Source of the DNA: a virus
Direction: 5' to 3' (one strand)
DNA length: 64,000 nt
Virus record (IMG/VR): IMGVR_UViG_3300044580_000126
Location: 10,661-74,660 of that record
The stretch's first letter is position 1. Every line of letters begins with the position of its first letter. A program made the translations under genes and the position numbers. The notes under the pieces are model-generated. The model had not been told where the DNA came from, made no database searches, and was given only the letters and a program-made list of their open reading frames with translations. This document shows, piece by piece, positions 28,414-38,300 of this stretch.

Positions 28414-30540
28414 ATGCAGAAACCGAGTGTCCTCGTTGTTCAACCAAGCATCTTTATGTATGGTGGAGCAGAAAGGCAAATAGTAGAACTTGCTAATCAT
28501 CTAACAGATAAAAATTATAAAGTTGCAGTATTCTCTACCCATATAATTCCAGAATTTAAGAAGAATCTTAAAGAAGCACGTATTATTGAAACTGCTGATA
28601 TGGAGAATTTAGTAAATGCTATTAAACAAGTAGAGCATAAGTTTGAGATAGTAAATCCTCATAATCATCCAGCAGAGTTATTCTTTTATAAAACGAAGGC
28701 AAAATCGGTGTGGCAATGTATTCCAAGTAATTCAATTGTTTATACTTCAAATGGTGTTGAATATATTAATAATATATGTTCATATGATAAATTGTGGAAT
28801 AACGAAGTATCTAACACATTTGTTAGAGATGCGAATGAGCAAATATATTGTATAAAACCTAGATACTTAGAAAAACAATATATAACTAAAGAACATCCAA
28901 TTGCAATAGCTAAATTTAGTAAGGAAAATAATAAATGGAATAAAAAATATGAACAATGGATAAATCCAAAAGATATTCAAAATAAAACATTAAAAACACA
29001 ATATTGCGTTATTGTTCCAAAATATGATAATACTATAGGAATTAAACATTTTGTAAATTTGAATGATTATGCAAAAAATAAAAAGATATATTATAATGGA
29101 GAAATAACAAAAGATATTTGTGAATTAATAGGATGGTATTCAGCAGAAGGATACGCCGAAGAGCATAGAGTAAAATTTTGTTTAAATTATAATGAAATAG
29201 AATATCAAAATAGAATAATAAATATTTTAAAATCTATTGGAATTTCATCAACTATACATGAATATAAAGAACATTCTTCTAGAATTATATATGTTAGTTG
29301 CACACCATTAGCTAGATTTTTAAAAAGTATTGTTGGAAACAATGCTAAACATAAAGTTGTCCCATCGTTTATGTTTTCAGAATCTAAAGAAAATAAAGAA
29401 GCATATGTAAATGCATTGCGATATGGGGATGGAGATATTAATATAAGAAAAAGAAAATATAAAGATAGTATAATGTATAGAATTGTTTCTTCTAGTGAAT
29501 TATTAATAAAAGGGTTACAACGTATATTATTTTCTATTGGTATCGTTGCAGGATGCTATCATAAAAAACAAACATTAAGCTATATAAATGGAAATGCAAT
29601 AAATGGAACGATATTATATTATTTATATTGGACAATAAATGGGAATTATAAAAAATATTTTGAAGATGATAATAATTATTATCTACCAATAGATAAAATA
29701 TCAACTGTTGATTATAAAGGTAAATTATTTAATTTAGAAACAACAACACATAATTATTGTATTCCATTTATAGTTCATAATTGCAACGAACCGCCAAATG
29801 CTGTTCTTACAGGGAATAAGTTAGATGATAGAGAAGTAGAAGCAGTTAGGGAAACAATTAATAAAATTGTAGTGATATCTGATTTTGAGAAGAAACGTTG
29901 CAAGTCCGTCTATGGAATTGATCCAATATTGAATTATCCAGCAGTTAGATATGAATATTTTGATAATCCTCCGTTGCAGGTTAAGCCAATATTTGGTAAA
30001 GATAATATTGTAATTCTTCAAACTGGATATTTTACTTGGACTAAGAATCAAGTAAAAACTATTGAAACATTTGCAGATATTTTACATGAATACCCATCTG
30101 CTAGATTAATATTGGCTGGATTTGATAAAGACCCATATTCAAATGAAATACGTAAAAAGGTAGATGAGTTAGGATTAAGGGATTATGTTAAAATATTTCC
30201 ATATCTTGAAACAGATGAAGAATTTAAGAATCTATATTATCAAGCAGATTTATTCTTGAACCCTGTTTATGAACAGGGTGGGTGGGCAACTACATTTGAA
30301 TCTATTGTATCAGGTGTTCCAACATTAGTTTCAAATAAGTTTGTTGGATATAATTTGGTTAAAAATCAGGAATTGGGAAAAGTTGCTTCATTTGATAATT
30401 TCAGCAAAACAGCACTTGATATGATAGCTAATATTAATAGGGAAAAAGAAATTGTCAATGCTAACAAAGTATGGTTGAAGGATAATTTAACATGGAAGGC
30501 ATTTGGAGAACGATATGAAAAAATATTTGAATCTATGTGA
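28414..30540 (+). CDS. GT4-family glycosyltransferase with one intein
   Basis: YGGAERQ, WQ|CNEPP, KNQ, QGGWATTFESIVSGVP, LTW. Confidence 0.9.
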   Translation: MQKPSVLVVQPSIFMYGGAERQIVELANHLTDKNYKVAVFSTHIIPEFKKNLKEARIIETADMENLVNAIKQVEHKFEIVNPHNHPAELFFYKTKAKSVWQCIPSNSIVYTSNGVEYINNICSYDKLWNNEVSNTFVRDANEQIYCIKPRYLEKQYITKEHPIAIAKFSKENNKWNKKYEQWINPKDIQNKTLKTQYCVIVPKYDNTIGIKHFVNLNDYAKNKKIYYNGEITKDICELIGWYSAEGYAEEHRVKFCLNYNEIEYQNRIINILKSIGISSTIHEYKEHSSRIIYVSCTPLARFLKSIVGNNAKHKVVPSFMFSESKENKEAYVNALRYGDGDINIRKRKYKDSIMYRIVSSSELLIKGLQRILFSIGIVAGCYHKKQTLSYINGNAINGTILYYLYWTINGNYKKYFEDDNNYYLPIDKISTVDYKGKLFNLETTTHNYCIPFIVHNCNEPPNAVLTGNKLDDREVEAVRETINKIVVISDFEKKRCKSVYGIDPILNYPAVRYEYFDNPPLQVKPIFGKDNIVILQTGYFTWTKNQVKTIETFADILHEYPSARLILAGFDKDPYSNEIRKKVDELGLRDYVKIFPYLETDEEFKNLYYQADLFLNPVYEQGGWATTFESIVSGVPTLVSNKFVGYNLVKNQELGKVASFDNFSKTALDMIANINREKEIVNANKVWLKDNLTWKAFGERYEKIFESM
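28717..29781 (+). mobile_element. Intein with LAGLIDADG endonuclease (355 aa)
   Basis: CIPSNS...ITKEH...GWYSAEG...YGDG...IVHN|C. Confidence 0.9.
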
Positions 30541-31683
30541 GTGATAAGTATGACAACTGCAATAATATCTACATCAATATTTGAACCAGATTATCTTAAA
30601 GTGTATGAACAAAACCTATTGGAGAATGGTATTTCTAAAGAAGATGTTAACTTTATAGTAATTGGTGATAATAAATCGAATCACGAAGCATTTGGAAAGA
30701 TGCAGATGAAATTAAAGTATCCATTAATTTATCTATCTCCCATAGACCAGAAGCATTGGCTAAAAGAAAACAACATTAATGACAATACTATGTTATTTCC
30801 AGAAAATTCTTCTAGACGAAGGAATATTGGATATCTTTTAGCAATTAAAAATAACTATGATAATTATATTGTTATAGATGATGATAATCTTCCAATAAAA
30901 GGAAGTTACTGGTTTGACCGCCATATTAAAGCAATTGCTAATGGATTTCCAAAACATTACTTACATAATTATGTGGTTTCAAAGAATAAGATAGTGAATC
31001 CATGTAATTTTTTGAACGGGACATCAAATATTTGCTATGCTAGAGGATATCCCATAGATGAATACTTTAAAGATACGTTTGATTTAAGGTATTTCAATAC
31101 GGTAAAATCAGTTGATGTTAATACTTCTGTATGGGTTTGCGATCCTGATATAGATGCGGGATTGCATTTACTATATGATAATGTTAAAGTAACAAATGCA
31201 AAAAATATGAATTTTGTTGTTGGGTATAAAAATTATATTCCAATTAATTCTCAAAATACTGCTGTTTCTAAAAGAGCAATGCCGATATTCTGGAATATAC
31301 ATCAACCAAAGATTTTAGATGTTGAATTAGATAGATTTGATGATATATGGAATGGATTGTTTGTATCTAAAGTGCTACATAGAGTTGGAAGTAGTGTCTC
31401 ATTTGGAACGCCAGTTGTTAATCATATTAGAAATTCCCATAATTATATCAATGATTTCAAGAAAGAATATATAGCGAGTATAATCAATTGCGAATTATGG
31501 AAGTATGTTATGAATGATGTAGATTTGTATTCTTTCGATATTGAAGATGCATATATCGAGTTAGCAACTAATCTTACATTATACAAGAATTATGAAAATC
31601 ATTGGATAAATGAAGCAATAAATCAAATTGGAGAATCAATGAAAGATTGGATTACTACAGTAACAAAATTAAAAGATGAATGA
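30541..31683 (+). CDS. Reversibly glycosylated polypeptide / UDP-arabinopyranose mutase-like (GT75/STELLO-like) protein
   Basis: IVIGD, RRNIGYL, IDDDN, YARGYP, DPDIDA, NSQNTA, RFDDIW. Confidence 0.8.
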   Translation: MISMTTAIISTSIFEPDYLKVYEQNLLENGISKEDVNFIVIGDNKSNHEAFGKMQMKLKYPLIYLSPIDQKHWLKENNINDNTMLFPENSSRRRNIGYLLAIKNNYDNYIVIDDDNLPIKGSYWFDRHIKAIANGFPKHYLHNYVVSKNKIVNPCNFLNGTSNICYARGYPIDEYFKDTFDLRYFNTVKSVDVNTSVWVCDPDIDAGLHLLYDNVKVTNAKNMNFVVGYKNYIPINSQNTAVSKRAMPIFWNIHQPKILDVELDRFDDIWNGLFVSKVLHRVGSSVSFGTPVVNHIRNSHNYINDFKKEYIASIINCELWKYVMNDVDLYSFDIEDAYIELATNLTLYKNYENHWINEAINQIGESMKDWITTVTKLKDE

Positions 31684-32966
31684 TTATGTCTAAAAAGATA
31701 TTATTGATAGCACCTTCAACTAAATGGATGTCACCAGAATCTCCTCCGATTAGTTTAGCCGTATTAGCATCTTGTCTAGAAAAAGATGGGCATATTGTAA
31801 AAATATGTGATATGATAATGGGTCAAAACCCATTAGAAATGGTAAATTCATTTTTACCTGATATAGTTGGCATAACAGCAACAACTACAGTTGCACCAAT
31901 GGCTTATTCATTATCTTCAATATTTAAATCTAATGGAATTTATACAGTGTTAGGTGGAATACATCCAACTATTAGACCCGAAGAAGCAATGCATCATTGT
32001 AATTGTGTTGTAACTGGAGAAGGGGAAAATGTAATATGCGATATTGCTAGGAATATGCCAAAAGGAATAATTCAAGGAATTCCATCTAAGACATTAGATA
32101 ATATTCCATTACCAGATTATGATTTGCTTAATATGGAATATTATGTGAATATAATGAAATATAAGGATATGTTTTTTGCATCATTTGAGGATAGAGGGAA
32201 GGCAAAACTTGGTTATTTATTGACAAGTAGAGGTTGCCCATATGATTGTAATTTCTGTTATAATTGTTTTAGAGAATTGCCTTATAGGTTTGAATCACCA
32301 AAGAAAGTTATAGATCATATAAAATTACTCAATGAAAAGTATAAGGTTAATTCAATATTCTTTATTGAGGATAACTTATTTGCTAATAGAAAACGAGCAA
32401 ATGAAATTATGAAAGAAATAAAGAATATAGGATTTGACCTGTCTTGGGGTGCAAATACAAGAGTAGATAATATTAACGAAACACTCTTAAAAACTGCAAA
32501 GCAATCTAGTTGCAAACAAGTTACATTTGGTTGGGAAAGTGGGAATCAACGTATCTTGGATATATTAAATAAGAAGGTTAAAGTTCAACAAAATATAGAT
32601 TCGATTAAGCTATGTGAAAAAGTTAATATTAACGCATCAGGAACAGTAATGATAGGGAATCCAACAGAAACAATTGATGAAATGGGAGATACATATAATT
32701 TCATAGCTAATAATAATATTACTGGTCCAATTGGAGCTTGTATAGCAACACCGTTTCCAGCTACAAAGTTTTGGGATTGGTGTTTGAAAAATGATAAGAT
32801 TCCAGTTGATTTAAGTTATGACCACTTGGATTATAGACATATCCCAATAAATATGTCAAATGTTGAAACACCTGCATTAAATGAAATATTTAATAGGTTT
32901 GTAAACTTGGCAATATCTAAATATAATGATACTAAGAGTGAACGAGAAAGGAGAAGAGATTGTTAA
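31680..32966 (+). CDS. B12-binding radical SAM protein (class B methyltransferase-like)
   Basis: PPISLAVLAS, VLGGIHPT, GEGE, TSRGCPYDCNFC, GWESG, TPFPAT. Confidence 0.92.
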   Translation: MIMSKKILLIAPSTKWMSPESPPISLAVLASCLEKDGHIVKICDMIMGQNPLEMVNSFLPDIVGITATTTVAPMAYSLSSIFKSNGIYTVLGGIHPTIRPEEAMHHCNCVVTGEGENVICDIARNMPKGIIQGIPSKTLDNIPLPDYDLLNMEYYVNIMKYKDMFFASFEDRGKAKLGYLLTSRGCPYDCNFCYNCFRELPYRFESPKKVIDHIKLLNEKYKVNSIFFIEDNLFANRKRANEIMKEIKNIGFDLSWGANTRVDNINETLLKTAKQSSCKQVTFGWESGNQRILDILNKKVKVQQNIDSIKLCEKVNINASGTVMIGNPTETIDEMGDTYNFIANNNITGPIGACIATPFPATKFWDWCLKNDKIPVDLSYDHLDYRHIPINMSNVETPALNEIFNRFVNLAISKYNDTKSERERRRDC

Positions 32967-33904
32967 TGAAAATACAAAATGTTTTAGTAACTGGTGGTGC
33001 TGGATTCATAGGTAAAAACTTAGTTGATAGATTGATAAGTGAAGGTGCGAATGTAATAGTTTTAGATGATTTATCAACTGGGATACGGGAAAATATAGAT
33101 TTAAATGAAGTGTCGTTTATAAATTGCGATTTATCTTCATTTAATTGTGTTGGGTATATATCTTCAACTATAGATGAGTTAGTTGGAGAAGATGGAGTAA
33201 ACATTATTTATCATCTCGCTTCTCCATGCTCAGTTATCCAGTTTAAAGACCCAGTTATAGCTTCACACAAAACACTAATGTCTATGAACAATGCTATTTC
33301 TATTGCTGGAATGTTCGAATCCACTCTTATCTATCCTTCTTCTGGAAACGTATATGGAACTGCTCCAGCACCGCAACGAGAGTTATCTATTCCACAACCA
33401 ACGAATATGTATGCAGTTTGTAAATTAGTATCTGAGCAGATGGCGATGTTAAGTGGAATTTCTTCTTGCGGTTTAAGGATATTCTTAGGTTATGGTCCTT
33501 ATGAAAAGCATAAAGGTAATTTGGCAAGCGTTGTTACTAATTTCTTAGTTGAAATGATGAATGATAGACAACCTGTAATTTGGGGAGATGGAAATCAGGT
33601 TAGAGATTTTATCTATATTGATGATATAGTTGATGGGTTGATTAAAGCATCTGGATATAGTGGGGTAGAACCAATATTGAATTTAGGAACAGGAAATGCA
33701 ACATCGTTCAATACATTAATAGATATAATAAATGATGAACTTGGAACAAAAATAATACCTAAATATGTATCTAAGCCAAAGTCATATGTAGAGAATACGG
33801 TTGCAGATATAACGTTAATGCAAGATGAATTAGGGTTAAGACCAATTGATTTACGAAGGGGAATTAAGAAATATATTAATTTTTTAACTGAGGAATCCAA
33901 ATGA
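32960..33904 (+). CDS. NAD-dependent nucleotide-sugar epimerase/dehydratase
   Basis: VTGGAGFIG, YAVCK (YxxxK), WGDGNQVRDFIYIDD. Confidence 0.93.
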   Translation: MLMKIQNVLVTGGAGFIGKNLVDRLISEGANVIVLDDLSTGIRENIDLNEVSFINCDLSSFNCVGYISSTIDELVGEDGVNIIYHLASPCSVIQFKDPVIASHKTLMSMNNAISIAGMFESTLIYPSSGNVYGTAPAPQRELSIPQPTNMYAVCKLVSEQMAMLSGISSCGLRIFLGYGPYEKHKGNLASVVTNFLVEMMNDRQPVIWGDGNQVRDFIYIDDIVDGLIKASGYSGVEPILNLGTGNATSFNTLIDIINDELGTKIIPKYVSKPKSYVENTVADITLMQDELGLRPIDLRRGIKKYINFLTEESK

Positions 33905-34344
33905 TAATAGGGTTTTCTGGAAGTAGAAAAGGATTAAGCAAAATGCAATATGAATATGTAGATAAATTTCTATTTAATAATTTAGTTACCATTGATGAAG
34001 TTCATCATGGAGATTGCATTGGTGCCGATGCAACGTTTCATAAGATATCTTCAAAATTACATATAGAAAAGATAATTATACACCCACCAAGTAATCCAAC
34101 ACTAAGGGCATTTTGTGAAAGTAAATACAAATGGGAAGAGAAAGATTACTTAAGCAGAGATCGGGATATAATCAAATGCTCTGATATAGTATTAACTTGC
34201 CCATACGATTCAAATAAAAACTATCATTCTGGAACATGGTATTGCATAAATAAAGGAATTTCATTAGGTAAAATAGTTTATATTATATATCGAAATGGAA
34301 CTATTTGTAAATACAATACTACAAAAGATTTAAAAGGATTATAA
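33901..34344 (+). CDS. SLOG-superfamily (DprA/Smf/YspA-like) nucleotide-binding protein
   Basis: IGFSGSR, HHGDCIGAD, YLSRDRDII, SGTW. Confidence 0.75.
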   Translation: MIIGFSGSRKGLSKMQYEYVDKFLFNNLVTIDEVHHGDCIGADATFHKISSKLHIEKIIIHPPSNPTLRAFCESKYKWEEKDYLSRDRDIIKCSDIVLTCPYDSNKNYHSGTWYCINKGISLGKIVYIIYRNGTICKYNTTKDLKGL

Positions 34345-34369
34345 TATAATCTTATTATGGTGATGATTA

Positions 34370-34987
34370 ATGCCTTTATCAAGTTTAGATATTGTTGCTT
34401 ATTACACTAACGGTGCGACTCAAGCGACGAACACATTATCAATTGGTGGAAGCATATCCGCAACAACGATAGCAGATAATACTTCTGGTAATGTTTTTGA
34501 CGATGTTACAGGTGACGAAGCAACTTCAGGAGATACCGAATATAGGTGCATTGCGATTAAAGATACTAATGCGACTTATGATATGATTAATGCAAAGTTC
34601 TATATTAATGGGTATAGTCGTGCGGGTTCTGGTTATGATACTATTTCGTTTGCACTTCAAAAGCCAAATGGCACAACTGTTCAGTTACTTGCTACCGAAG
34701 CGGCTACTCCAGATGCAAACCAATTTACAGTTGCTACAGGTGCTACAGTAGCATGGACCACCGAGGGTGCGCCGTCTTCAACCTTATCATATGGAACTAT
34801 GACAGCAGGTAGTTGGGTTGGTGTTTGGTTTAGGAGAGTTGTTCCTGCATCGGCTACAGCATATACCAATAGAAGTTGCACACTACAGATAAGTTGTGAA
34901 ACTACAGCTTCTCCAATACTTGGAAACATATCGAAATCCTTTGCAATCGACTGGACTAAGAACTCATTCACATTGAGGAACGTGTAA
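34370..34987 (+). CDS. Putative virion structural protein
   Basis: NVFDDVTGDEATSGDTEYRC...GVWFRRVVPA; T/A/G-rich. Confidence 0.6.
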   Translation: MPLSSLDIVAYYTNGATQATNTLSIGGSISATTIADNTSGNVFDDVTGDEATSGDTEYRCIAIKDTNATYDMINAKFYINGYSRAGSGYDTISFALQKPNGTTVQLLATEAATPDANQFTVATGATVAWTTEGAPSSTLSYGTMTAGSWVGVWFRRVVPASATAYTNRSCTLQISCETTASPILGNISKSFAIDWTKNSFTLRNV

Positions 34988-35262
34988 TGGGACTACTACA
35001 ATGGTTATTCGAGAAGACATTTGGTAAACTGTTTAACAGAATGTCCTATGGCATATTAAAGCCATGTTGGAGGTGTTCATATCAAAAACGATATGAACCA
35101 ATCCTTATTTTTTCTAAAGATCGAGGACCAAGAATACTTATGATTCCTGATAATGGTGTATATGTTAGAGATGGAGAATGCATATCATTTGAAAAATGTG
35201 GCAAGTGTTTCCATCAAATTAATATTAATTCTGAGTTGCCTTGTAAATGGAAAAAACTATAA
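34987..35262 (+). CDS. Cys-rich hypothetical protein
   Basis: CWRC and CGKC pairs. Confidence 0.5.
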   Translation: MGLLQWLFEKTFGKLFNRMSYGILKPCWRCSYQKRYEPILIFSKDRGPRILMIPDNGVYVRDGECISFEKCGKCFHQININSELPCKWKKL

Positions 35263-35390
35263 TATTAACTACTAAATAATAAATATTTATAATCAGTTGT
35301 GTAGTTAATCTTATTGGTGATATTGTTGTTAAATATATTTTTGAAGATATTTAATAATTGGCAACAATATCATAGGAGGAGTAATGATAT

Positions 35391-38300
35391 ATGACAATTA
35401 CATGGACTGAGATGTTTGATAGTTTTACTCCTTCAAATACGGGATGGAGAGATTATGATATTTATACAAATAACGGAGTTCCAAAAGGTGCAATTGTAGA
35501 AATAGTATGTTATACTACAGGATTAGGTAGAATTTTAGGTGTAAGAACTGATGGTAGTTCGTTAGATAGATATATAAATTCTTTAGGAAATGCGGATAGT
35601 GACTGCTCATCTGTATCCATATTAGTAAAAACAGATGCATCAACTGGATATATAGAAATATATACTAATTATACTAGTAGTGTGACATTTTATATTCTTG
35701 GATATTGGCAAGGTGTAGATTTTACAGAACAAATTATAGCTATTGATCCTTCTGCAAGCACATCTTGGCAAGATTATGATTTATATACAAACTGTAGTGT
35801 TCCAAAAGGAAATATTGCTCAATGTGTTGTTGGAGTAAATATATGTGGGGTAAGGACAGACGGTAGTTCGTTGAGCAGAGCTTTTGCATATGGTGGTGGG
35901 CATTGGGCATCTATGTTTGTCAAATGTGATGCATCAACTGGATATATAGAATGTATGAAATATGCATCTACTGGAAAATTATATTGTTTTGGATATTTTG
36001 AATCTACAATGGGGTTTACAGAAAAAGTAACTCGACAAGATGTTACTTCTGGTAGTGATTGGAACGATTTTGATTTAACGTCTGAATTAGATCAAGATGA
36101 GAGAGTTGCTACATTTTATATTGCTACTAATTCTACCAGTTCTAAAACTGCTGGAGTTAGAGCAAATGGATCATCTGTTAATAGATATTTATCAATTTGT
36201 GCTTTTTCTTCTACAGCAAAAGCTGGATTTTCCGCAACATCTCAAACAGATAATAGCGGTATTATCGAAATATATAGTAATACAACATCAGCAGATTATA
36301 TTTATTTTATGGGTTATTTTACATTTGGAGATTTGGTAGCTATATCTAAAGTATTGGTAACAAAGAATACAATATTTTTACAAATTATAATGTCAATATC
36401 AAATATATTTAATTTAAAAATAAATATAAATAATATAATCATTTTATTAAATAATATAGTTAATACTATTTTAAAGAAATATACATTATTTAATATAATA
36501 AAAAATAAAATAAATAAATTATTTACACTACAGTGGTTATCGAAAGCATCAATATTATATATTAAGAAAATAGTTTACGGAGTAAGAAATTACATAATAT
36601 TTTTATCTTCTGAACTATATAGTGTTAAAATAAATATTATACCAAAACTATATGGAATTAAATATAGTATTAATGGTTTAATAACTAGATACTATACTGC
36701 AAAAAACAATATATTAGAAATTATAGTTAAAATTACAAATATAATTAATAATATTAAAAATAAAATATTTATATCAAAAATAATATTATTTACATCAAAA
36801 GGATATATATCAAAAATAATAACTGGATTATTTAATATTAAAGTTAACATTTCAAAGAAATATATATTATTAAATTTAATAAAGAATAGAATAAATGAAT
36901 CACTAACAATACGATGGTTATCTAAGGTATCAGTATTATCTACTAAAAGAATGGTATATGGGATACTAAATTACATAACATTCTTATTTTCTGAATTATA
37001 TTATATCAAAGTGAATGTATTTAAGTTATTTAACTTACTATATAATATAAAAACAATATTATTCTCAACAAAATCATTTGCGTATAATATTAAAAATATG
37101 GTTTTGCCAAAGATATTTACATTAAAATATATTGCAAAGTCAAACATATTATCTGTTATATCACTTTTGTATAAACTAAAGATAAATGTAATAAAAACAT
37201 TCTCTATTAAAGAAATAATACGAAATGCGGTGTTATCATCAAAATTATTATTATTCAATATTAAAAATGTAGTTATTAGATCATACTTAGTAAAATATAA
37301 TATAAGATTGGCAATAAATAGCATATATCGTCAATTATATATAATAAGAAATTCTGTATCTACAGCAAAAACTCAACTTTATAAAATAAGAAATATCGTT
37401 AATGATGTTTTCATTTTCATATACAATAGTAAATCAATAATATTGAAAGCATTAAGAATAGTGTATTATATAAAGAATAATATTAGTGATAAACTATCAA
37501 TTATTAATAATATAAAGAATAATATTTTAAATAAGATATCATTACAATATAACATAAGAAATATAGTATCAAAAATAACTGCAATATCATACAATATAGT
37601 AAATATGATTATTAAATCATATTCATTTGTTTATGACTTATTAAATATCATATCCTCTAAGTTATCATTTAAGTTTAATATACGCAATAATGTAATTAAA
37701 GGCATAACAGTATTGGAATTGATTTTGGTTAAAGTGTTGTCGGTAAAAATTATTGTTTGTAATATGAAGGTAAATATTCAAAAAGTGTTTACGCTTTTGT
37801 CATTAATAAAGACAAACATTCTGAAAGGATTTATGATATTATCATTGATAAAAACAAGTATGTTGAAATCTTTTGGTGTTATCTATAATATAAGAAATAT
37901 AGTAAGCTCGTTATTTGTAATTAAGTGGTTATCCAGAATTAATATTTTACATATTAACAGCATAGTTTATAGCATAAAGAATAATTTAAGCACAATAAAA
38001 TCTATATCATATAATATAAGACTTAACTTAATTAGAATGTTAAGAATTAACTATAATTTATTAAACAATGCGCTTAAAACATTTGTATTAAATCATATAA
38101 TAAGGTCAATAACAACATCTTACTTAACGGCATCATATAATATCAAAAATATAGTATTGCGATCTTTAACGATCTTATATGATTTTGGATTTATGGTTTA
38201 TAAATCATTGAACATTGTATTTAATATTAAAGTGATTGTAAATGCATCATTAGTTAATGTGTATAAGATATTAAACATCATTGAAACATATAGTATAACA

